Shown: in pieces, positions 19,302 to 27,623 of the stretch
How the letters are laid out: each line of letters begins with the position of its first letter
Numbering within the stretch: position 1 is the stretch's first letter
NCBI GenBank assembly: GCA_903930515.1
Contig: CAIYYW010000313.1
Location: 1 to 47,767, forward strand
Length of the DNA stretch: 47,767 nucleotides
Origin: an uncultured delta proteobacterium
Lineage (GTDB): Bacteria; RBG-13-61-14; DRUE01
Direction of reading: 5' to 3'
Made by a program: the position numbers and the translations under genes
The notes under the pieces: model-generated
The model's input: only the letters and a program-made list of their open reading frames with translations
Database searches by the model: none
What the model was told of the DNA's origin: nothing

Positions 19302-20996
19302 TTAGCGGGCTGATCCGGCCGCGGCCTTTTTCAACTCCAGCAGTTTCTTCATCGCGCCTCCCAGGTCCGCGGATTTTTCCACTCCGCCCAAAGAATTATG
19401 CAGGGCAAGGTAAACCTGGAAGAGCTGATCGTAAACCGCCCGGGCATCGGCCCGGGGCCGGAACACCTTGTCCTTGAGCCGGCAGGCTTTGGCCTGGCCC
19501 TCTTCCACCCGGTCAAACCCGCCGTTCTTTTGGCCCGCGGCTTTCCCGCCCAGGATCGCGGCGCCCAATGCGCAGGCCTGGGAGCTGGCCGCGATCTTCA
19601 TCGGTTTTCCCAGGACCTCCGCGTAAACCTGAAGCAGGAGATCATTTTTTTCCGTGATGCCCCCGCAACAAACCACCTCTTCAACCTTCCGGCCGTAAGA
19701 TTCCAGCCGCTCAACGATCACGCGCGCCCCGAACGCGGTGGCCTCAATCAAGGATCGGTAAATTTCCGCGGGGTTGGTGCGCAGGCTCTGTCCCAGGAGC
19801 AATCCGCTCAGTCGCGCGTCCATCAACACCGAACGGTTGCCGTTGTTCCAGTCCAATGCGATCAGGCCGGAGGCTCCGGGCTTGAGCAGTTTCGCCTGTC
19901 GGGTCAGCTCTTCGTGTCCCAGTTTCGCCGGAGCGATGGCGGCCACAAACCAGTTGAACAAATCCCCGACCGCGCTCTGCCCGGCTTCTATTCCCAAGGA
20001 CCCGGGAAGGATCGAGTCTTCCACCACCCCGGGAATGCCGGGGATGCCCTTGAGGTTCGCGCTCTTGGGCGCAACCATCATATCGCAGGTGGAGGTGCCG
20101 ATGATCTTGACCAACCGTCCGGGTTTGATCCCGGAGCCGAGCGCGCCGCAATGCGCGTCCATCCCGCTGATCGCGATGGGAACGCCAGGCTCCAGCCCCA
20201 GGGTTTTCGCCCACTGATCCGTGAGGGTTCCGGCCAGGTCATTGGAATTATAGGCGAGGTTGGGGAGGCGGTCGCGCAATTCCGCCAGTTCCAAATCCAG
20301 CCGTGCCAGGAATTCAAATTCCGGGTAGCCGTCCCAGTCGCGGTTGAAGATCGCCTTATGGCCGGCCGCGCAGATGTTGCGTTTGAGGTCTTCGGCCTTG
20401 GTCACCCCGGTCAGGGCCGCGGGAATCCAGTCCGAGGCCTCGGCCCAGGTGTATGCCGCGCGAAAAACCCGGGGCGCGACCTTGCGGCAATGAAGGATTT
20501 TCGCCCAGAACCATTCCGAATAATACCTCCCGCCATACATCTCCAGGTATTGCGGCTTATGCTCCTTGGCAACGGCGATGATCTGTTCCGCTTCCTCGTA
20601 ACTGGAATGGTCCTTCCAGAGCCAAGCGTAGGCATTGAGGTCCCGTCTGAATTCCTTGTGAAAGGCCAGCGGTATTCCAAATTGGTCCAGCGGGAGCGGG
20701 CTTGAGCCGGTGGTGTCTATGCCGATCCCGACGATCTGGTCCGCGGAGAATTTCTTGCGATTCCTTTTCGCGGCCCGGAGCGCGGCCTTGACCGCTTTGG
20801 TCATTGAATTAAGCCAGTCCCTCGGATGCTGCCGCGCCACCAGATCGTTCTTCCGGTCCAAAACCACCCCGGCTTTTCCGCTCGGATAGTTCGCCGCGGC
20901 GTCCGCCAACTCCTGTCCGGTCCGGGTGTCCAGGATCAACGCCCTCACCGAATTGGTCCCGAAATCCAATCCCAAACTATATTTTGCTCCAGTCAT
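19302..20996 (-). CDS. araB: ribulokinase (FGGY carbohydrate kinase)
   Basis: LGLDFGTNSVRAL, HPRDW, SEWFWAKILHC, IGTSTCDM, GIEAGQSAVGD, LDWNNGNRS and EATAFGAR closely track E. coli AraB as recalled. Confidence 0.88.
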   Translation of the reverse strand: MTGAKYSLGLDFGTNSVRALILDTRTGQELADAAANYPSGKAGVVLDRKNDLVARQHPRDWLNSMTKAVKAALRAAKRNRKKFSADQIVGIGIDTTGSSPLPLDQFGIPLAFHKEFRRDLNAYAWLWKDHSSYEEAEQIIAVAKEHKPQYLEMYGGRYYSEWFWAKILHCRKVAPRVFRAAYTWAEASDWIPAALTGVTKAEDLKRNICAAGHKAIFNRDWDGYPEFEFLARLDLELAELRDRLPNLAYNSNDLAGTLTDQWAKTLGLEPGVPIAISGMDAHCGALGSGIKPGRLVKIIGTSTCDMMVAPKSANLKGIPGIPGVVEDSILPGSLGIEAGQSAVGDLFNWFVAAIAPAKLGHEELTRQAKLLKPGASGLIALDWNNGNRSVLMDARLSGLLLGQSLRTNPAEIYRSLIEATAFGARVIVERLESYGRKVEEVVCCGGITEKNDLLLQVYAEVLGKPMKIAASSQACALGAAILGGKAAGQKNGGFDRVEEGQAKACRLKDKVFRPRADARAVYDQLFQVYLALHNSLGGVEKSADLGGAMKKLLELKKAAAGSAR

Positions 20997-21224
20997 TGTC
21001 TATCCCCTATTATTTTTGGCAGATACTCTACCATTGAAGACAGGGGTTGGTCAAGGAGGAAACTCCCTGACCGTCTAACCCTTTTTCCCTTTCACTTTTG
21101 CTCCCCCCATCCGCTCAAAATTGCTCGGTTCCGGTCCGGTTGGAAGCGCCGGGCGCTTGATCGGAATGGATCGCCGGGATCAAGGGATCGGTTTTAGCCT
21201 CATCTTTTTTCTCGCGTCCATCTG

Positions 21225-24200
21225 TTAATAAACCGGGATCAGGATCGGCTCCGCGCAGACCGTTTGATCCTGCTTGTTGGCGAAATGATAAGGGCAATCA
21301 AAAGTGCAATTGGCCGGAACCAGATCCGCGCCGGCGCCGCAATCCCCCCAGGTGGCTGGGTTGTTGCAATCGCATCCTTCCGGGAGCAGTCCGGATTGAC
21401 AATAACAGATAAACCAGGTGGCGGGATCGGCGCAGCTACAGTATTCCATCCGTTCCCTGTCCGCGGGCACGCAGGCTTCAATCATCACCTGCGTCTCGGA
21501 GGGACAACTCGGATTAAGCTGGACCTGAATTTCGGACAGGCCGAATTCATCGCTGATTCCAAAGACCGATTTCCCCTCCTCGGTCACGCTGAGATACTGG
21601 TCGCGCGTTTTTAACCAATCGGGATGCGGGTTCCGGCCGGTCAGGGTGACGCAGTTGAGCGGATTGGACACCAGTTTGTATTCCACCCCGAAGCCGGCCC
21701 GGGGCCTTCCATAGGACGATTCAACCAGGGCGCTGATTTTTCCGGGCTGGGGGTTGTTGAGGTCCAGTTGCGGAACGGCCTGGATTTCCAGGTAGCTGGC
21801 ATTGCCCGAATTCTGATTGTAATCCGGATCCGCGAAATGATCGTATAACGTAAACAGGTCCGGGGTGTCAATAATTCCGTTGCCATCCAAATCCATCACC
21901 AGGGTTCCGCGATCCTTGGGCAGGATACATTGGAAATCGGTGTCCTGGGGGCGGTTTTTCAGGAGTTGCACCAGGTATTCCCATTCCGGAACGATCCTGG
22001 AATCCCCGTCTCCATCGGCGTCGCTGAAATAAAAACCTCCCGGAAGCGGGGGCAGGTCGGAGCACACGGTGGCGGGATCGTACTGGAATGCCGGCTCCAC
22101 CACATATTGCAGAGAGTTCCCGGCCGGGATATTTTCGGGAGATCCTTCCAGGTCCCAGGCCGCGATTTTGAGGGAGATTTCAACCGGCTGCTCATATTTC
22201 CGGTCAAACAAAAACACCCCGGGCCAGCTCTGTTCCAATTCCCGCCAGTTTTCTCCGGAGTTGAAAACCCGGTAATAAAGCTTCAGGATCGGCTCCGGCA
22301 TTTCGTCTTCTCCGGGCAGGAAATCCGAGACCTTGACGGTAATCAGGTTGGTGGTATTGGCATAGAAGGTATCGGTGATCAGCTCATTCGCGGTGAGGGT
22401 GAAATTATCAATATAGGGCGGGCTTAAGTCATCGTCATGGGGATCAAAGGTCAGATCCAGTTGGCTTAATCCGGGCTGGCCGCGGAAATAATATTCCGGG
22501 TAGGAGACGCTCAATTGCGCAGGTCCGACCGGAATCCCCTGCGGCCAGGTGACATTGTTATACTGGATTAGATTATCCAGCGAAAGCTCCTGGGAGGCTC
22601 CATTGGAATCGGTCAGCCGGGCGGAGAGTTTAAGGGATTCCCCCTCGCCGGTTTGATTCGCGAACAACGACGATACAATGGAATACATTTTCCTTTCTTT
22701 TTCCAGTTGAAAATTTTTGTGGGTAAGTATCAGATACATTTTATCCTGGATGAGGTAGGCCCTGGCGACTCCGTACCAGATCACCGGAGGCTGGAACAGC
22801 TTGAGCTCGTTTCTGCCACAGGACAGGGAAGGCTCCAGGCCGTCCATCTCGTTGCTGCGCGCGCCCTCGGCGACGGTCCGGTAAATATTCAGGCGCGACC
22901 TGACCTCGCTGGCCCGGATCCCGGGCATATAAAAGGAATTGTTGACCCCCGCGGGGTTGACAAAAGACACCGCAGGGATCCGGATGTTTTCGTTGCTGGA
23001 ACTTTTGGGGACGGTGAAATAGAACAAATCCGAAGTGGTGGTGTTGGAGGGGACGATGACCGCGCCTTTATATCCATAAGCCAGCGAGTAAGATTGGCCG
23101 TCGGGCAGGGCCGGGAAACTGATCCGGGGGTTGCGGAGTTGGGGGATGTTGTTCTGGAAGGTGAGGTTGGATGAGATCCCGTTTCCCAGATAGTCGCTGA
23201 ACTGGTAATAGCGGTTGGACTTTTGCGCGTATATATCCCAACTGAACTCATAGCGGTCGCTGATCCGGTTGAAGTAAATGGTCAGGAATCGGGATGGAAG
23301 CGCCGCGTAAGAATAGACATTGAACACCAGCCCGGGATTATAGTCATAGGCGGGAGGGATGATTCTTTGCTTCAAGCCGAAGCGGCCGTACATTGCCATA
23401 GATACGGTGTTCCAGGCGAAGTTGGCTGCGCTTTTATCGCGCGGGTTGATCAGGTATTTATATTGCGCGCCCGCCTTGGAAAAGAGGATGCTGGCGTTGG
23501 GATGCGCGGAATTATTGTCCTGGACGAAGAAGTAGGTGTTTTCGGTGGAGTTCGGGGGCCAGTTGGTGACGAAGACATTAAAGGGCTGGTCGCATTTGAA
23601 GGGGATCTTGATTGAATTTTTGGACAGGAACCGGGTGAAGAGATGGGTGTCGTCATAGAGATCAATTTGCAGGTTGGACTGGCAGTCCGAGCAGCCGGCG
23701 GTCACCATGCAGGTTTTGATCAGGAAGGCGTCAAGCGATGCGGCCGGGGAAGCGTTATTTTGATCCACGATCACATTCAGGTGGTCTTGCAAATAGCCGG
23801 GATAGTCCGCGCTGCCCGTGGTGCTGTTGTTCACGGTGAGGGAAACCTGGAAATCGGCAAAAGCGCCCGGGGCCAGGGGAAGCTGTCCGGCCGGCTCTAT
23901 CCGGTAGATCGCCCCGGCGCCGAATTGCCCGGCCGGGAGCAACTGGTAGGAATGATCGGAGCCGGAAAGATTGGATACCGTGACCGTAACCGTGGGCGAT
24001 TGCCAGGAGTCTTGGCTTTGGTCATCCTCTCCGAATTCAATTTTCTGGGGAGAGACCAGGAACTCGGCCGCGGAGGCCTTTTTCAGGTCCACCCTTCCGG
24101 CCCCCTGGTAATGAGCGGGCAGGTTCAGGTCCAGCGCGGTCTGCATCAACAGGGACTTGATTTGCTCCGGACTGAATTGCGGATACTTCTGCCGGAGCAA

Positions 24201-25982
24201 AAGAACCGCGCCCGCGATATGGGGGGTGGACATGGAAGTGCCGGAAAGGGAAATGTGGGTCTGGTCCCCGCACAACAGAAGGTCCGGACGGGAGGTGTCA
24301 TAGCGCGCCGCGCAGATACCGACCCCGGGAGCGCTCAGGTCCGGCTTGATCTTGAATTCAGGATAAACCGGACCCTTGGAACTGAAGCCCGCGATGCCGT
24401 CCGAATAGTTGGGGTCGGCGGCCAGCGAGGCCCCCACCGTGATCGCCTTACGCGAAGTGCCCGGATCGCCGATGGTGAAGGACGATCCGCCGGCGTTCCC
24501 CGCGGCCACCGCGACCACCACCCCCGCGTCCACCGCCCGGTCCACGGCCTGGGAGATATCGCTGTTGGACGATCCGGCGCCGATGGATCCCAGGCTCATA
24601 CTGATCACCTGGGCCAGGGGAGCATAAGGGGCGTTGATCACATAATCAATCCCGGCGATGATGTTGGTCCAGGACCCGGAGCCACTCTGGTTGAGAACCT
24701 TTACCGCCAGGATGGAGGCCTCCGGAGCCACTCCCTTATGCTCCCCGTTCCCCGCGGCGATCCCGGCGCAATGCGTCCCGTGGTAATGATCGTCCCCGGG
24801 ATTGGTATGGACCCCGTAAAAATTCCAGCCCAGAAGATCGTCCACACGATGGTTGCCGTCCTCGTCCAAACAATCAATCAGGGGGTTCACTGAGCTGGGG
24901 GTTCCCGCGGCGCCGTCGCAGACCGAGGTATTTTCGCGATAGATCAGGTCCTTGCCGGTGATCTGTCCGTCAAAATCAAAATCGTTCACGCAGCTATTGA
25001 ACTTGGCCGGATCGGATTTCTGCGCCTGATAAATATGGTTCAGGTCGGAGATGGTGATCACTCCGTCCTGGTCAAAATCCAGGGGGGCTCCCAGGCAGGC
25101 GGGCAGGTCAATCTCGGACTGGTTGAGCCGGATATTGTCTTTCAGGTCCGGATGATCCAAATCCACCCCGGTGTCCAGGATCGCCACCGTCTGATATTTA
25201 CCGGTAAAGCCCTGGCCCCAGAACTCGGGCGCGCCGATCAGGTCCACCTGCGGCGCCGCGTCTAAATCTCCCGCGATCTGAACGGTCTGGTCCCGTTCCA
25301 CGCTCTTGACATAGGGCAATTCCCGGATCTGCTCCACCAACGGAGACGGAACCGATACCGCGATCCCGTTGAAGGCGAGGAAAAATTCCGCTTTGATTTT
25401 TGGCCCCTGCCGGTCTTGGCCATACCCGGCTTGCCAGTAAAGGTTTTTCAGATCCTCCCCCAGCTTGGAATGGCTGTCGCTTAAGGTCTTCCGCACTTGC
25501 AAAACCGCGGTCTCAACCTCAAATTCGTATAACGCCCGTTTCGCCTTCTGGACCAGGAAATCAGCGTCCGCCCGGTCCATCAGCCGGAGCCGGGACCAGA
25601 GGATGATAAAAAACCGGTACAAATCCAGACTGCGCCGGAAACCGGTCCCGCGGAACAGATTGTCCGGGTCTTTTTTCCAGTTGCCATCGGCCATATCCAG
25701 GAACCGGAACAACTGCGCCTGAAAGTTCTTTTGCACCCGGCTCCGGTGCAGACGATGCCGCATCGCCGCCACCGAGACCTGAAACCCTTCAATCCGCGGG
25801 AATTTAAATTCCACCATCGGAGGGTCTTCCAGTTCTATGATCAGATCCTCCAGGGTGGTGTCCCCGTATTGAGGGACCGGAGAGAATTGCGGTTGGCTGT
25901 CTTCTTCCCAGGCGGGACGGGCGGGAAAGGGTATCAGGGAAAAAATCAGGATGATACCGAGCATTAGCAGGCGAGTCCTCAT
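21225..25982 (-). CDS. giant secreted subtilisin-like serine protease (peptidase S8) with I9 propeptide, Ca-binding loop insertions, long beta-rich middle region, dockerin-like module and Cys-rich C-terminus
   Basis: Catalytic triad motifs AILDTGVDLDHPDL (Asp), HGTHCAG (His), SGTSMSTPHIAG (Ser) and oxyanion AAGNAG. Signal peptide MRTRLLMLGIILIFSLIPFPARPAW. Start at the ATG at 25982 (GGAGG SD) or at 25997. Confidence 0.85.
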   Translation of the reverse strand: MRTRLLMLGIILIFSLIPFPARPAWEEDSQPQFSPVPQYGDTTLEDLIIELEDPPMVEFKFPRIEGFQVSVAAMRHRLHRSRVQKNFQAQLFRFLDMADGNWKKDPDNLFRGTGFRRSLDLYRFFIILWSRLRLMDRADADFLVQKAKRALYEFEVETAVLQVRKTLSDSHSKLGEDLKNLYWQAGYGQDRQGPKIKAEFFLAFNGIAVSVPSPLVEQIRELPYVKSVERDQTVQIAGDLDAAPQVDLIGAPEFWGQGFTGKYQTVAILDTGVDLDHPDLKDNIRLNQSEIDLPACLGAPLDFDQDGVITISDLNHIYQAQKSDPAKFNSCVNDFDFDGQITGKDLIYRENTSVCDGAAGTPSSVNPLIDCLDEDGNHRVDDLLGWNFYGVHTNPGDDHYHGTHCAGIAAGNGEHKGVAPEASILAVKVLNQSGSGSWTNIIAGIDYVINAPYAPLAQVISMSLGSIGAGSSNSDISQAVDRAVDAGVVVAVAAGNAGGSSFTIGDPGTSRKAITVGASLAADPNYSDGIAGFSSKGPVYPEFKIKPDLSAPGVGICAARYDTSRPDLLLCGDQTHISLSGTSMSTPHIAGAVLLLRQKYPQFSPEQIKSLLMQTALDLNLPAHYQGAGRVDLKKASAAEFLVSPQKIEFGEDDQSQDSWQSPTVTVTVSNLSGSDHSYQLLPAGQFGAGAIYRIEPAGQLPLAPGAFADFQVSLTVNNSTTGSADYPGYLQDHLNVIVDQNNASPAASLDAFLIKTCMVTAGCSDCQSNLQIDLYDDTHLFTRFLSKNSIKIPFKCDQPFNVFVTNWPPNSTENTYFFVQDNNSAHPNASILFSKAGAQYKYLINPRDKSAANFAWNTVSMAMYGRFGLKQRIIPPAYDYNPGLVFNVYSYAALPSRFLTIYFNRISDRYEFSWDIYAQKSNRYYQFSDYLGNGISSNLTFQNNIPQLRNPRISFPALPDGQSYSLAYGYKGAVIVPSNTTTSDLFYFTVPKSSSNENIRIPAVSFVNPAGVNNSFYMPGIRASEVRSRLNIYRTVAEGARSNEMDGLEPSLSCGRNELKLFQPPVIWYGVARAYLIQDKMYLILTHKNFQLEKERKMYSIVSSLFANQTGEGESLKLSARLTDSNGASQELSLDNLIQYNNVTWPQGIPVGPAQLSVSYPEYYFRGQPGLSQLDLTFDPHDDDLSPPYIDNFTLTANELITDTFYANTTNLITVKVSDFLPGEDEMPEPILKLYYRVFNSGENWRELEQSWPGVFLFDRKYEQPVEISLKIAAWDLEGSPENIPAGNSLQYVVEPAFQYDPATVCSDLPPLPGGFYFSDADGDGDSRIVPEWEYLVQLLKNRPQDTDFQCILPKDRGTLVMDLDGNGIIDTPDLFTLYDHFADPDYNQNSGNASYLEIQAVPQLDLNNPQPGKISALVESSYGRPRAGFGVEYKLVSNPLNCVTLTGRNPHPDWLKTRDQYLSVTEEGKSVFGISDEFGLSEIQVQLNPSCPSETQVMIEACVPADRERMEYCSCADPATWFICYCQSGLLPEGCDCNNPATWGDCGAGADLVPANCTFDCPYHFANKQDQTVCAEPILIPVY

Positions 25983-26242
25983 TAAATTTGCCTCCATTAT
26001 TTTTTACCCTAAGCCATAGGCATGCCTCCCTTCAATCATATCTTTTACATTCCTTATGTAAGTTAGATGCCGAGCGCGGGTATTTTTGGGCAGTAAATGA
26101 TCAAGCCTGATTTCAGCAAGGAAACCCCTGCTGATAAAAGATAATTGCGGATTTTGATCGCGGGGCGAAAGGCGCAGGATTGAAAGCAGGGCGGAAAGCG
26201 GGTTATGATAAGGGCGGGAACTGAAGGAACGGTTTAGGGGGG

Positions 26243-27517
26243 ATGAGGATGAGGATGAGGGTATGGTTGGCGGGGATGGCGCTGCTGGTTTATGCCGGGT
26301 ATTTGCCGGCGAAGGATTTGCCCAATGTGATCATCCTGTCGGTGGACTCGCTGAGGCCGGATCATATTGCCGCTTCCGGATACCCCCATCCGATCACACC
26401 CAACATAGACCGGGTGGCGGATTCCGGGGTGACTTTCCAGGAGGCTCATTCATCCATCCCGCTCACCAATCCCTCCCTGTCCATCCTTTTTACTTCCCAC
26501 TACCTTTCCCAGACCGGCGTGAACCGGAACGGGATCACCCTCCTGCCCGGGAACCGGACCCTGGCCGAGGTCCTTCAAGGAAAGGGATACCATACGGCCG
26601 CGGTGATGGGCTGCTGGGCGCTTTATCATTCGCGTTCTGGCTTGGACCGCGGTTTTGAATTTTATCAGGATTCCGGCGCCGGCTGGAATTTGGAATTGGA
26701 CGCGAAGGTTCTTACCGGTCGCGCGCAAGCGCTCCTGACTTCCGATCTTAAGGAGCCGTTCTTCCTATTCCTTCATTACGCGGAGCCGCATCAGCCGCAC
26801 CGATCATATTCGGCGCCGGGAAATCAAGCGGTCAACCGCGTTGACGACGACCGTCCTGCGGTGGAGAAAAACTATGACAGCGAAGTGGCTTATGTGGACC
26901 ATTGGATCGGGGTGCTGCTCACAGACCTGGAGTCGCGCGGGTTCCTGGATAATGCGATTGTGATCGTGATGTCCGACCACGGCGAGAGCCTGGGAGAAAA
27001 CGGTTATGTCGGGCACGGCCGCAAGCTGTATGAAAATATTTTGCGCATCGCCCTGATCGTTTCCGGGCCGAAGATTCCCGCGGGCAAGAAAATCCGGTCC
27101 CCGGCGCAGACGCTGGACCTGATGCCCACCATCCTTTCCTACCTGGGGGTTGAGCCGGATAGCAAGATGGAAGGCCGGGATTTGATCCCGAACATCATCA
27201 AGGACCAGCCCCTGGAGCCGGTGCAGATGTTTTTCGAGACTTATGGGACTGCGGTGCTGGACCTTCCCGGAATAAAAAAAGCCGCAAGGGAATCCCCGCC
27301 CTCGGCCATCGGACTACGCGTGGGCGATCTCAAGATCGTGCACTATCTGAAGGGAAACGGATGGGAGGTTTACGATTTGGCGCGGGACCCTGAGGAAAAA
27401 GACAATTTATTCAATCCGGAAAACCCCGAGCATCGGAAACTGGCCGAGCTATTGCTGGAAAATTTCCGGGTCAAGAGCGCCGCGGGAAAGAGATTGAAAC
27501 TGGAATTCCGTCCCTGA
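26243..27517 (+). CDS. secreted sulfatase-fold (alkaline phosphatase superfamily) hydrolase lacking the formylglycine motif
   Basis: PNVIILSVDSLRPDH, TPNIDRVADSGVTF, MSDHGESLGE and GHG match sulfatase-family blocks. T-N-P-S-L occupies the position of C/S-x-P-x-R. Confidence 0.8.
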   Translation: MRMRMRVWLAGMALLVYAGYLPAKDLPNVIILSVDSLRPDHIAASGYPHPITPNIDRVADSGVTFQEAHSSIPLTNPSLSILFTSHYLSQTGVNRNGITLLPGNRTLAEVLQGKGYHTAAVMGCWALYHSRSGLDRGFEFYQDSGAGWNLELDAKVLTGRAQALLTSDLKEPFFLFLHYAEPHQPHRSYSAPGNQAVNRVDDDRPAVEKNYDSEVAYVDHWIGVLLTDLESRGFLDNAIVIVMSDHGESLGENGYVGHGRKLYENILRIALIVSGPKIPAGKKIRSPAQTLDLMPTILSYLGVEPDSKMEGRDLIPNIIKDQPLEPVQMFFETYGTAVLDLPGIKKAARESPPSAIGLRVGDLKIVHYLKGNGWEVYDLARDPEEKDNLFNPENPEHRKLAELLLENFRVKSAAGKRLKLEFRP

Positions 27518-27623
27518 GGGATTGAACCGCAGGCAGTATCCCGCAAACCAGAAACAATACCTCGCGGGCTTTGCCCTCGGCCCTAAGCTCGGGGCCGAAT
27601 GCCGACTTTGCAAGTAAAAAATT

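Noticed and set aside
26243-26260. ATGAGG x3 hexamer repeat at the sulfatase-like gene start, considered as a slippage switch.
   Set aside because: Gain or loss of a 6-nt unit keeps the frame and only changes the signal-peptide n-region (MR repeats). Three copies is too few to argue for instability.
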